Shown: positions 37,751 to 52,300 of the stretch, in pieces | Layout of the letters: every line of letters begins with the position of its first letter | Position numbering within the stretch: position 1 is the first letter of the stretch | Source of the DNA: Chrysomallon squamiferum | Lineage: Eukaryota; Animalia; Mollusca | Reading direction: 5' to 3' | DNA: 64,000 bases | Assembly (NCBI GenBank): GCA_012295275.1 | Contig: CM022665.1 | Coordinates: 8,742,001-8,806,000 of the forward strand | The notes under the pieces: model-generated | What the model was told of the DNA's origin: nothing | The model's database searches: none | The model's input: only the letters and a program-made list of their open reading frames with translations | Made by a program: the position numbers and the translations under genes

Positions 37751-40266
37751 AAACTAATCTACCAGACAGTCACTGACAAAAGAAATAATCTGCATATTTT
37801 ACAGATAAATGTCACATATAATCTGTTATCTGCATGGACAGTATGTATTAATAATACCTATACCACAATAAAGCACAGCTCTGTCCAGACAAGCTGAGGA
37901 CAGTATCAGCAGACATATTGAAAAGAGTGGTCAGATGAGTCAAATACATACACACCTAACCCAAGATTTGATTTTGAATAATGAAAATGATGATGTTGAT
38001 TGTATAGCCCAGGCCAAAGAGAGCAAATATAAGTTTATGTTCATGACATTTTAATGCACTCATCTCAGAACTTGCAGCATATTGCAGGATCAGTCATTCT
38101 CAGTGATGGCTGTTTTCAAACAAATGTCAACAACTATTTTATCAAAGACTCTGATATGTGCTTTCATCACTATAGCAGACTGATATTAAATATCCTCTGC
38201 TAAATAAGTATAAAAATGGCAGTGGCCAGGCTTTCTCTATAAGAAATATATAATTGATACCCAAAGACCATAGATATATTAAAAAAAAAAAAGAAGATAA
38301 ATGTTTTGGCATGTTGAGTTTATAGTTTAATACAGAATATGATAACTTTAAACCTGAATATATTTTCTTTGAATTTAATTTAAATCAACTGACATGTGGC
38401 TATATTAAAAATATTTACTTGTAGACACAAGTATCAGGTGTCTCAGCCCTAATAACAGTAAAAATGTTACAAAAATCAGCTTCAACCCAATAAGTTTACA
38501 AATTCTCTTTCTTTCAAAAACTGTTGTATTGGATTCTAAAGGAATATGTTAAATGGTTAATATAATATAATGGTGATAAGAGAAACCATAATCTTCTAAG
38601 TAAAACATTTGAACCATTACAAGGTATATGGGTGTTGTAAAAAAACAACATCTCCAAAAATTATGTGTTTTTTGCATTTGCATATTACATTACAGATTAT
38701 CCAGTGGAAAATAATAAAATAACAGATAAGTATGAAAAATGTGTCAAAGTAAATTATTAAAGAGAAAGTTTCCCATCTTGTATACTATTACTAACTGTAC
38801 TTATGAAAAGATAGCATAAAGTGTATGTATGATAACATAAGCAAATAGTCGTAAAACATGTTTTATGATTCCAAAGAACTGTTTTATTTAACTGTTTAAA
38901 ACAACTTTTGGTAACAGCAAATAATAAATATAATATAAAAACCTATGAAAAAGCAGCATTTTTCTTTTTTAAGTTTTTTACTCACATATCTCTGATGTCA
39001 TATTTTAATTATGAATTGCTAAAACTTCCCTGACAGATGTGACAATTCTGTGTAAGATATATTACATAAAAAAAAAGAAAAAAGAAGAGATATGGCAGCC
39101 TCTGTGTACCTTTGGCACCACATAATGAGCTGTATTATTATGGTCATGCTTTCTTAGAATAGGTTGGTCTCCAGGACCTAACAATAAATAATAACTTATT
39201 CAGACTGTGTGTTTTTTCTGGTACATGTACAATTTATTAATTTAATTAGGGACTGATTCTTTTCTTCTCTTTTCCCCACCATTTTAATTAGTGATATTTG
39301 GATAAAGGACAAAAGGTTGTTTTGTCAAAAATGTGGCTAGTAAAATTATATAATATTTTGTAATGACCTCTGAAATTTAAACAGTGATTCCACAATGCAA
39401 AAAATACTGAACAAAATTTTAATACATATATCAGTAATGCATATAAATCATTTATACCGACAATGAAAACATTAAAAAAGAGAAAATGTCCACGTAAATT
39501 AATTGAAAGATAATAAGTTTTTTTTATGTCATTTTGTGTAGGTGGGTGAACAGTTCATCACTTTATTAAGAAAAAAATAACAAATCTTGGCAAAACTCAT
39601 TTTATTTCATTAGATTCACTAGTGGCAACACTTATTACCTTAGATCTTCTTAGGTGAGGAATAAATTCATCCTTTAATTAGGAAATTTATGTTTAGTCTG
39701 GTTCTTCTGTACTTGTTAAAGTAATGTTCTTTTTAATGGTTTTGTGAAAGCACATGAATTGTCATTTATGACCTTGTTTTAATAAACTGAGATGAATAAT
39801 GCAGTAGACAAAGGTTTTCCTATTTTTTTTTATTCAGTTTCTTTTCACGAAAGATGTTTTATTATAACTTTTTATTGTTTTTGTCATGGGTTGATTTGCC
39901 TTTTGTTGGTGCTTTGACTGAAAGACGTTATTTTTATATATTTTATTTTTTAAACTGAAAGAACTTGATTGTTAACTGAAAAATGTTAAATATTTTTTAT
40001 CTGAAGTTGTTTTTTTAACTGAAATTTTTACATGATAATTAATGAAACGTGTGTTTGTGTTTTATTGCATATGGTGTGTATTTGACTATGTTTATTATAT
40101 ATATAGTGTAAGCAATGCGGGTACATATCTTGTGTGCTTGTGTGTGTGTGTATGTGTTATATTTTGTATGTTTATGCATGATGTAACTGGTACATGCAAA
40201 TACTTGTGTATGTGTGTATTTATATAAAAATGTCTAAGTACTATGTTTTATCTGATGCATGTATGT

Positions 40267-40306
<40 letters not shown>

Positions 40307-41819
40307 GATTGCATATATTATATAGTATGTAGTATTGCATATATATTGCATATTGTCATTTAGATCTGTATTAACAACATACATTAGTTTTAGATCAAAA
40401 GTTGATCTCTTGCTGTTTTTAAAATCTCAGTATGTAAATCTGTTTTATAAGTATGTTTTACTAGATTTGAAGAATATATACAACACAATATTATTGTAAT
40501 TGGTCAAAAACCTTAGAAGTACAAATAAAAAAAAAAAAAAAAAAACACACACAAAAAACCCAATAAATCAATATTTGTAAATAAAGGTTTAAGAACTGGT
40601 TGTGTTACGAAAAATGATTATATGAATAAAATCTGAAAATTATAATTTTCATAATTTTAAATGAATGTCCAAATTAAAAACAAAAACAAAATAAACTACA
40701 GTTCATTATTAAAAGCAAAAAAAAAAAAAAAAAAAAATAAAAAAAAAATAAAAATGAAAATAAAAAATAAAATAGATAATCCAAACAATGTCAAGGTTAC
40801 AGCAGTAATTTAACAAAAAAATTTCTAAATAAATATTTCTCTTCAGTTTGAAAAAAATTATGTTCCTGTGAAATATTTTTTAAAAATATATTTTTATTAA
40901 AGACAGCTGAGAAATTTTCCATTGCCATTCAGTTGACAGTTCCACACAAACAAAAACTAACCAGTTGACACAGTTGCTTAGCACTGATCTGTGAAAACAT
41001 TGCAGGACAAGGTCTCATCTGACGCATTTCTGCTGTTGTCTCCTTGGTGTCTTAACACATTTTATTATTTTAATATTCTCTATTCAGCTTATTATGTTTC
41101 TTGTTTATTAAAAAAAAATATTAAAAAGATTTCTTGCTGCTGTACAACACCAAAAGATGTTTAGTTACACTTAATGTAAAAAAAAAAGTAAAAAAAATAA
41201 AGGGGTGTTTGTGGTTGTTGGACAGAAAATATTCAGATGTATATAAAATTTAATGTTTTAAAATTGTTAATATTTTTTAATTTATTGTTAAAATTATTAT
41301 TTATTGTTTATGTAATATTTTAACTTTCTGGTAAAATGAAAAATTTGTTGTCAAAAATATATTCATGAATATCAGGTACAAAAAAATAAAAAGAAGAAAG
41401 AAATAAAAATTAGAAAATAATTTGAAAAAGAAAAAGAGAAGAAAATTTGATTAAAAAAATAAAAAGATAAAAATATTGGAAATGAATCAGCAGGCAGCTT
41501 TTTGATAAACAACTTTTTACATCAGCCACTCTATTTTGGTTTTTATGTATATTTTCACCCAGGCAGGGAAACCAAATACTAAATGCTGGTTGAGAAAAAA
41601 ATACATTAAAAAGACATCTTACTTATTTCTAGTACAAGTGCATATGTACCAAATTTAAAAAAAAATAAATAAAAAATTAGAAATTAAAAATGAAAAAAAA
41701 AAAAAATAGAAGAATAAGAAAGAAAGAAAGAAAGAAGTGCTTCAGCTGAAGAATTTAAACAATTTAAACTGCAAAAAGAAGAAAAACGAACTGTTAAATT
41801 GTGTAGGTGATTGTAAATG

Positions 41820-42010
41820 GAACTGACCTCCGCGGATTTGTGAGTTATACAAGGAAGTTATAAGAGTATTGATATTTTCTCTCATTGATCATCTAGCTTG
41901 CTCATGCTAGATTCTTTTATAGCGTGTCACAGTGTGCACTCTCACAATTTAGGTCACTAGTTCGCAAGAAGCAGACAGACTTTCAAACCCAATGACCTTG
42001 ATATCTTCGT
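41820..42010 (+). promoter_or_regulatory. Intronic enhancer or alternative promoter with RORE/RevDR2 and FTZ-F1/ERR site
   Basis: AATTT-AGGTCA-CT-AGTTCG 41946-41964; TGACCTTGA 41993-42001; TGACCT ~41824; local CpG cluster in otherwise CpG-poor DNA. Confidence 0.5.
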
Positions 42011-43553
42011 GCCTGTTTTCACATAAAGAAGAGTCCTGGTTTTGCATTTTTCTTAATTTTCTGGTGCATGATTACTTTGTTTATTTTAATTTTAAGTAAT
42101 CTACTCAACTAAAAGGAAGGAAGATAATTTCAATGCATTTAATTTTAATTCCAGCTGTAGAGTTTTTAATCTAAAGTCAAGTAGAACAGATAACTAGAGG
42201 TTTTGAAAGACTGTGCTTTATCTTTTAAAAACTGTATATATTTTTAAAAAGGATGTAAAAGAAAGAAAGATAAAGGAAATCTATTTACATCTATAGAATA
42301 ATTTTAGTTCTGTAAATGACTAAAAAAGAGACTGTTTGGTTTTATATTGAGATTCAAAAGTCATCATTTTTTTATATTTTTGTTAATATTTCCCTGGTGT
42401 TCATATGATTTAAAACCATAATGAAAAAATAAAACATATTCCTTAATAAATTTTAAATTTAAAATGCTTTTATTTTGTAATATATTTTATTAAATTTATT
42501 TTAAAATTATTTTTTGTTTTCCTTTGCTTGAAAATATAAAAAAATATTATTTTGATTTATTTTCAGTGATTTGTAAACTAATACAAAAAACAAAAAATGT
42601 TACCAAAACTGTTATTTTTTTATATTCATTTATCATTAATTATTTGGTTTAAAAATTCATAAAATTTAATATAATTCATAATATTTGAACAAAGCCTATT
42701 AAATAACATAAAATATTATAATTATCAATTTTCTTATTCCTATTTATTTATTTTTTTTTACATAAAAAAATGTTTTTAATTTTTTACTTTTTTTTAAAGT
42801 TTTTCTTTCCTAGATTTTTATGAGCTTGCTTCACAAAAACCCCCAAGAAGAACCAATTTTAGTTTTTAATTTGCTTAAAAGATTTTATTTTAAGTAACTT
42901 GTATATATATTTTGAAATTTACATATATTAATGCTGACTAGCTTTTCTTTTTTTCATTTGTTTTTTAAATTTCTTGTCTCTGTTGGATATTGTTTATTAA
43001 ACATGATGATAAAGATAATAATCTGTTAGAACACATTGGTTCCAGAGTCATATTTGTTTAGCTGCACCAAAATAACCATTTACAACTTATAAAACATGGC
43101 AGATACAGTTTAGCAAGCATTAATAGGCTTATATTTTATGGTTGAAGCATGCTTGCCATGGGACCAGTTTGATACACTTACAGGTTCACTTATTCATTAT
43201 TGTACAGAAAATGTATAGCATTACATATTTGTATATCAGTCTATTGTAGTACAGTTCGTAAACTATGATAAGCTAGGTAAGTTAACTAGTTGGGTAAGAG
43301 CTATACTGACTAATCTTCTAACATACTAACCTAAATGGGTAATGGCAGTACGTGACTTAAGTCACAGTGCTTTTTCAGATGTGATTAACTTGTACTTTAA
43401 AAATAATCAGAATCTCATAACTTAGAGTTATGATTGTGTTAGAGTATATATGTTTAGAATATTTAATTTTTCTTACAGGTAGCCTATAAGTTCTCAACAG
43501 TCAGTTCATGCTATGAAGTAATGACAAGAGTTTCAGTCCTTTGTGTTTGTTTA

Positions 43554-43585
<32 letters not shown>

Positions 43586-46500
43586 TTATCTTTGTGTTGT
43601 TGTTTTGTTGTTTTTATCTAGTGGCAAAGGTTTAATTTTATTTGTATGAAATCATTTAGCTGAAAAAAGTACAAAAAAAATTTTGTTCTGCTTTTATTTT
43701 TATTTTGGTAAGAGTTTAATTCTATTTGCATGTTTAGATGTTTGCAACAAAATGTATTTAATGAAATAGTAATCTGTGAAATGTACAATAAAATGAAAAC
43801 CATAAATGTTTTGAAATCACTGGTCATTTGAGACATTTCACTATGTTTAGTCACACACAACAACACAAAATGTTTTGAACACACAACCCAGTAACCTCTC
43901 TTTTCTGTACCAGACAAACATGATTCATAACAACTTGTTCTGACTTGTTAAAACTTCATACATTCATATCAGTTTTCACTTTATTATTCACATTAAAATA
44001 AAATTAGAAAAAAAAAAAAAAAATTAATAGATTATGCAAGAACAAAAATGTTTTGCTTGACCTACCAAAATAGATGGAATATTTATTTTTGCTTTTGTTA
44101 AATATGAATAAATGATAAATTATTTACAAGTACCTTAATTCAATTTAATAACACAAAAATGTTTTGCTTAACCTACTGAAATGAATGGAATTTAAAAAAA
44201 ATTCTTGAAAAAGAAAAAAAAAAGAAGAAAAAAAACCCCATTATTTAACAACACCTGTACACATTTTAATGGCAGACATATGTTTTTTTTTTAATTTATT
44301 ATTATTATTATATATTTTATTTTTTTTATTTATTATTCTTGTATAATGATGAAATGAGATAATGTTTTTTTGTTTTTTTATTTTTTAGGTTTTGTAGACA
44401 TTTCATAATACTGCTAGTTTAAGTACTTGAGAAGCTATAGATAAATAACCTAAACACATTTGATATAAGTGAAGTGTAGGTGAAAACATATTATTAAACA
44501 CTGTTGTCTGAAGATACATGAGTCTTGGAAGATATGTGTAGGTTGCTACTTATAATAAGGAGTTGACTGGCAGCCTACACATATTATCATAGATTCATTA
44601 TATTATTGTCATCTTCTTTATTATTGAAATGTGAGTTTATTCATCACCTAAAAGAAACCAAAGAATCTATTGAAACAAAATGAGTTTAAAAAATGTTTCT
44701 TAATAAAATGGTCAGCTGTTCACATCTAAGCCAAGGTTTAATTCCAGCTACAGTGGTTGTTAATTTTCAACTAAATGTTTTAACCTTGTCAGCTTAAGCA
44801 AATGATAATGAACACCTAAGTTACTCAGATCCAAAAATTACTATTGAGTAATTTTTAAAAGAATTATGTTGTGACATTGTGGTATAAATAAAAAGACAAA
44901 ATATAATTTAGAAATATATGACTATCTTTCTTCTCTTCAACTAATCTTCTACTACTGTTTTTGGCAAATTACTAAACACTTGGATATAGTGTCCACAAAA
45001 TATTTGCTTGAATCTTAAATGGACATTATTGATTAATGTTTTAATGGTTTAGTTTCTCTATACTCTGCCCCCTCTTGTGACCTCAGCTGCTGATAGTAAT
45101 AAAACTGGACATTTCCTGTCACAAACTCATGATTAATAAAAAGTACAGGAAAAAGAGAATGCTGAGGAGAGTGTTTTGACATACCAGAAGAAAACACTTT
45201 CTGAAGTGGCCAGACCATGCACATTGCTGTCTGGTGAGAAAAAAACAACAACAGATCTTAGGCTTGAATAGCCAAAAGAGACCAGGGACTGGGATAAATA
45301 AAGATAATTTTTTATTGCATGTAAACATGCCTGAAACTCCTTGCAAAACATGTTTATGCTTACAGTGTGTGTATGGAGTGTTGTGTCTGCGTGCCTGTGT
45401 GCAGTTATGTCCATGTATGGATGTGTGTCTATATATGTGTAAGTGTTTGTATATGTATATACATGCATGTATGCATACACCTATATATGCAAGTATGCAT
45501 ATGTTTGCATGTATATTTGTATATATAATGTACCTATTTGTTAACATGAAACATAAACTAATTAACAGATAAATAAGGACTTACCTTCATAAACTTGTGG
45601 TACATTTATAATATTACTTGAGTTTGCACAGATTTGATATACTCAGATTATTTTTCACTTTTTCACTAGCTGATAGTAAATAGGAGATTATGCATATCTG
45701 CATACTTTGGAAATATGAATATTCTGTACAAAATAATCACACTCGTGTTCTGTTAAATTCCAGTGATCATAATGAACATTCTACTCATAAATCAATTCTG
45801 TTTTTGCTTTTAGTGTGTTTTTCTTGATAAAACATAGTAATCTCTTCATTTGTAATAAGAAGATTTATAATTTAACATTCTGTTTATGAGATTTATTAAT
45901 TAACATATATTTATCTCTATCCAATACTTAATGCAATAATATTTTTGTGCCAGGGTGTACTCATGTTTTCATCTAGTTACTAGATGTATTTCTCCAGGCT
46001 TGATGTCTAAAAATATCAGAATACTTGACTTTAATTATGTTTATGAGATGAACTGAATAACTGACAGTACTTGATCTATCTTACCTATATACACCAGTAC
46101 AGTTTACAAAGGCAACCAGTATTTTTCTTTTCAAAGGTTGTGCTTTTTGAAAATGTTTTCATGTTAGCATACAGAAAGTTGAAAAGAATGAATATAAAAG
46201 AAACAAAAAGAGAAACTGACACATAAGAAACAAAAAAAAAGAAAAAAAAAAAATTGAATACACTGAATGTTCTTAAAATATTTCCCCAATATACTGTATA
46301 TTGTAGCATTCAGTTATTTGGGTCACTGATCAGGCTTTGTAACCAAGTGCATTGGGTATGCCCATACCATCCACAAACCACAAAAAAATATTTACATATA
46401 AGAGTGGATGGTTTTTTGTTGTTGTTGTTGTTGTTTTTTTGTTTTTTTTTAAACAAAGGCAGCATTAACAAAAGTCCTGTTTGTGAAAGACATCTCAAAC

Positions 46501-48977
46501 TCCATAAATACAGTCAACTCGTCTTATCTGCAGAGTTGAGTTTTGACATCTACGACATTTACCATAATTATTATTGAAAAATTACTATACTATAAAATGA
46601 AGTATGCTAGAATACAGTAGTCAGTATGGTTTATGTGTATTTTAGCAGTTCTCACCTATAGGTTTGCTTTCAAGGGATAAACATGTATATCATAATATTA
46701 CATGATTTTATTTAAGTTTCTTGAGACCCTATGGTTTTTGCACTGTAGATAAGACAGGCAGACAAGTTCAGGTTTGTAAGATGTAACTTATTAATTAACA
46801 CCAGTAATTATACATTTTTATTAGATATAATAATAAAAGCAGGTATTCCATTCGTCAATTACAGAAAATGTTATTGTATTAAAGGAACATACATGGTACT
46901 GATTATATATATGAAATATAAATAGATCAAGAAAAGAACAAGTTGGATGAATACTAAGATTTCCTTGTGTCTTTCTTCTTTATTTTTCTCTTCTCTCTTA
47001 ACATCTATTGTGTCACTATCAACAACACAACTCAGACTGAATCATTTCAAATTATCTGCCAGTAATTCACTTCCTGGTTAACAACCCACAGTAAAATTCC
47101 AACAATTATCTTTCCCATTATTCATAATAATAACTGTCTGAGATAAGATTACTGAATTTGATAAGTCTCTTTGTTTTACGACCTTTACTGATATCATTTT
47201 TATCATGACTTTCAGGTGTCAAACACAGTGTAATTGTGTCATTTTTACTTATATTGCTGGAGAAGAAACCTACTGTGGGGAAATTCCCATTGCATGACAG
47301 AAAGAAATCTTTTTATTAATTAATTAATTAATTTTTAAATTATTTTTGCCAACAAGTGGGAAATATTTAGGTTTAAAAAGAAGGATCAGTGGTATGTTTT
47401 GTTGAGGTAAATTTAATTAATGTATTTGCATATATTATTAAGTACTAACTTTGTTATAAGCAATACACCCACCGACACAAACATGAAATTACAAAGAATA
47501 ATAGAAACACACAGTATTTATAACATTATAGGAAAAATAAATAATAATAGTAATAATGAAACAAAAAATATTTCAAATTCTCTGAATTTATTTTATTATT
47601 ATTATTTTTTTAACATATTAATATGAAACTGTAGTATTTTAAACTTATTTTATTTTTAAGGTTTGATCTATCATTTTTACATTAGTTAAAATTCCACAGC
47701 TGGAAGTGATATTTTTATGTGCTAGATTTGTAATTTGTTTTATTTCCTTTCTAAACTGTGACAGTAATTCCTATGTCAGTGACAGGTAAAAACACAACTT
47801 TTAAAAAACAATCTAAAAATAGGAATTACATTATTTTTACATGCTTCTATATATTTTTATCGTTATATAGCATTATAGCTATTATCTCTGTTTTGGGGCT
47901 TCATTAGTAAACTGTTAGTATTCTGTTTCAATATGGATTTCTCTTGTAAGGCAGAAACTCTGAAATATGTATTATTTATTTATATATACAACCTTGGCCT
48001 GTCATCAGCACTTGGTAGGTCAGAGTAACTTTCTGTCCTGGTACTGTTATCTATCTATTAATCTTCACTCATTTAGTTTTACATCAGGCCTTATGTGGCC
48101 ATTTGTTGTAGCATATTTGCAGACAATTAGTGCTGCAATGGTTGACCACCTGGTCTGGCCACTGGCCAAAGCCATGACCGGTCACTGACCATAATGAAAA
48201 AAAAAATCATTTGGCCATTTGCTCAGGGACTGGTTTATTGCCCAGTCCAGCGTTAAGACTTGCCAATAAAATAAAGTGCAAAATTCTAGACTTCATACCT
48301 TGTCCTCTTTGATCAGTTCCAACCATTATTTATTAATCATTTATTTTTTGCCTTTCTTTTTTGCACATCATTAGATTTATTTATTTATACATCAGTTCAT
48401 TTCTTCTTTCTTTTTCTTTTTCTCAATCCACCAGTCAACCATACCACACCACCCAAGTTCTAATATGATTTATCTTTTCTTCTTTTTCACATGGTCATTA
48501 AATATTTTCATCTTTGGGTTTTTTTCTTATTTTTCTTAATCCAGAATCTACTACACAGTTGACCATTATTTAAATTTTTTCTCCCCATATTTACTTACTC
48601 TTCACTCATTTGTATATTCTGTCTATTCTTCCATTCTTCATTTTTTCTCAGTCTGTCAGCCAATCATACAAGGCCTCATGGGTTCTAACCATTTGACCCA
48701 AACTTACATTCAAGGGTTATATACATCTGTCTTTGGGCATGGAATCAAGGATCTTCTGGTTTTTTCTAGACAGAAGTCTTCATTGGATTAATCAGTTTTC
48801 TCAATGTTAGTCATTCAGCCTTTTCAAATATGCTTGCATCCATTGAAGATTTAAACAGGTCTGTACTGGGAAAATAGTTGCCTATCCATTTTTAATAATT
48901 TGCTCAAGATAGTATTAGAGCATTAACAGATTAACTGGAAAGAATAAAGAGTGGGTCTAAAGACCTTCCCTATTAGG

Positions 48978-49350
48978 TAGAAAGGAAAGAAATATTTAAT
49001 GAAGCACTGAACGCATTTTAATACAGTTATGTATTGTCCATAATGAGCACACATTAAAATACAGGGAACTTGCTGCCACAGTATGACCAGTTATCTTTTT
49101 TACAATTAGCAGCTAGGGGGTCTTTAACATGCACCTTCCCATAGACAGAAAAAACACATACAACAGCCTTTGATAAGCAGATTGTAGGTTACTGGCTGAG
49201 AAAAGGCCTAAGTATTGATGTGTTAGTTTTATAACCAACCATGCCTTAGTTCTGTACTGTATCCACTGAGTCACAACCTAGTTTGGGTAAAAACCAGTAA
49301 TGAGATCCAATCCTGCAACCTAACATTCGTAAAACAGGTGCTTAACCACA
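48978..49350 (-). mobile_element. Degenerate tRNA-derived SINE remnant (gastropod-type); related fragments at ~36560-36670, ~37260-37390, ~50425-50610, ~51640-51720
   Basis: Segments such as GAAAGGAAAGAAATATTTAATGAAGCACT, ATTAGCAGCTAGGGGGTCTTTAACATGCACCTTCCCATAGACAG and CAGCCTTTGATAAGCAG resemble, from memory, an abundant gastropod SINE; mutually similar fragments recur in the window. Confidence 0.55.
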
Positions 49351-52300
49351 CTTCACAGAATAGCTTGATTTCTGTCAGCCAGTATTTTTCTCTCCATTTC
49401 ATAAAATCAATTTTTTTAATTTTTTCTTCTTTTTTCATATAAATTATTATTAATTATTTTAATTTTTTTTGTTATGTAATATTTCATTTCTGTCACATGT
49501 AAAAAAATACATCATGACCAGTTTGGTCTCTGAAAAGTGACACTAACACATTGTAACACATTTGAAAAAATTATCTTGTTTGTGACCTCATCAAATTACT
49601 TGCGAAACCCTGGACTTAGGAAGTATCTAATATTGTTTTTAACCTTTTAATATACTTTGTGTTTCAAAATATTTGTTTCTTAACATTTTTATCAGTAATT
49701 TATTCATTCATTTATTATATTAAATTAATTTTTTTTAGTAATACATTATTACTGAATTACTAAATATATAAAGACCTAAGATTTGTTTTTAATAATTTTT
49801 TTTTTTTATTCTTAGTGAATGTAAATATTTAAGAAAACTTTGTCAGTTAAATATACCCTGTATTATGTTTTTATAATTGTGTGTAGATGTTTAGAAGAAA
49901 ATATGTGATGGGTTAATCTTTACCCTATTTTATAAAGTTTGTAAAAAAAAAAATTAATGTATCTGTGTATGTATTTATGTATATATGTGTATTTATATTT
50001 CTCTTTATGTGTGTGTACATATAATGGAGACCTGCATGAATATATATTTTTATTTTTAAAAGTGATTACATGTTTTGAATAAATAAAAGATTTAAAAAAA
50101 TAGACCCAGGTGCAGATGAAATAGATATTGAGATAGTTCTGTTCAAAGCTGCCACATGATAAACAGTTTATTTCAAGTGGTATATATTTTTTTTATATTT
50201 AGTTGTTGATGTTGTTTTGACCTTGAAGAAAACTAACATGACATGGTGTATCTTATATACCTCTTATCTGGGTTAGGTGATCTTGACCTCTGAGTAATGA
50301 ACAAATACTAACATCCTTATTTAACTTACTCAGTGTAAAAGAAAAAAGAAAAAGAAAAAAAAAAACATTAACTCTTTTACTGCTGTAACACAGGGAATGT
50401 TGGGCTATACCATTTCAGTGGAATGAATAAGGAAATGCTTTTATTTAACATTTTTAATCTATGGTTATTTCATGTTATGCATACAGTAAACAATCATCTA
50501 GATAGTGAGAGAAAACTATAACAATAATAACAAACATAATAATTACAATAACCAATCAACAGCTAGGGACCTTTTATATGCTCTTTTAATGAATAGGACA
50601 GAAAATAGGCCTGTATGACTATTTCAGTTGATGTCAAGTAGTTACACTTACCCAAACTATTATTATTTGTAAATGATGCTTACATTTTGAAATGGTTATA
50701 TTTTATGTTATAAATTCTGTTAAAGCTTTTTTCAACCACTGCAGCACTGTCTTCAGTTATGCTATAACAAATGGCTTATAAGGCCTGATATAAAGCTAAA
50801 TTAAAAATGTTCTGGTGTGTTAGGTACGTGCTTAGTTGCTATTGTGATTATGTACCTTCCCATATGTTGATAACAGTCATACAGAGATGATAACTGAGAA
50901 AAAAAAAAAAAAAAAAAAAGACTTATCTTAGAGTACCTGAATTTTTACATGTCTGAATGCATATTTATTTCATACGATGTTTTCTCAATAATCTGTCTGG
51001 ATATCACCTGCTCAGGCATCAAGAGGCTGACAACAATGTAATAAATAAATATCTAGTTAAAAAAAAAAGTCAAAAATAAATAATTAAAAATTAAATACTT
51101 AAAAAATGATCATTAAAACTTTTAACTTTATCCCTCAGAGAGAAACCAGTGAAGAAAGCTTGGACATATAAAAAAACCAACATATAAGTTGCTAATGAAA
51201 AAATTAAAATTTGTTTTTTAAAAATTGTAAGAAGCAAAGTTAATATATTATAAAACAGTTTTGTAATTTCATTTACTTTCAATTATTAGTTTATTTCTAC
51301 TGTAATAGTTCAAATGATCCAGATAAACCACAGAACATCATTTCTCAAAGACTTATTCTTTTTTCTTGTATGAGTATGGAAATGATATTTACAGCTGTTC
51401 AGTGGAAGTTCCCATTTTTTCAGTCATTCAGGCTGCTATACAAATATAGGCTGACTTTGTACATAGACCCATAATTATAACTTTGGCTTCAAATTGTATT
51501 TTAGATCAATAAGCATAAATAAATGATTATTTTAATACATCATTAGGAATCATGTATATATTGTTTTTTTCTTCAGTAATGACTGTATCATTAAAGTAAC
51601 AAAGGCTTAGATTTACTCTTATTTATTAGCAAAAAATGTTATTTTATGTGCACCTTTCCATAAACATGAAATAAAAACTATTATCCTTTCACAAATCACT
51701 GATGGGTGCTTTTTGGAAAGGTGAATAATTATTCTCTAATATAATTATGTGTCAGTCTGTTTATTACTGATCAACATGTCTCAAGAACTATGGGATTCAT
51801 TATATTATGTGGAACTATAAACATATTTTATCACGCATGCATACACATGAAAAATTACACATAAATAAACACACACACACACACACACACACAAAGTATT
51901 CAGAACAAAAATGAAATCAAAATGTATATTTACTTAGCAATATATTTTCTTATTTATATTAAGTCAACATTCAGTTAAAAAGAAAATATTTAAAATTTAA
52001 ATATTGACCTTGTTAATATATTCATCTTTTCATAGTACCAGTTTACATTTATGATTTTTAAATAATAAATTTAAGGGTTTTTTTTAAATCAGATTAACAA
52101 AAAAAAAAATATTCAAAATATGTGTGTGTATACATACCAAAGGAGAGAAAACAAAATTTAAAATTAAAGTTTATATCCATTATTAAACAATCATCTTTTG
52201 ATGGCACCAAGATGCAGTTACTTCAGATAAAAAAAAAAAAAAAATGAAACATTCAAAATATGTATGTATGTATGGATATGTTTTTTGCTTGCTATAAACA

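Noticed and set aside
45033-45572. Cluster of 72-142 aa ORFs
   Set aside because: Low-complexity (TG/TA) degenerate microsatellite with no protein-like motifs or consistent splice sites.
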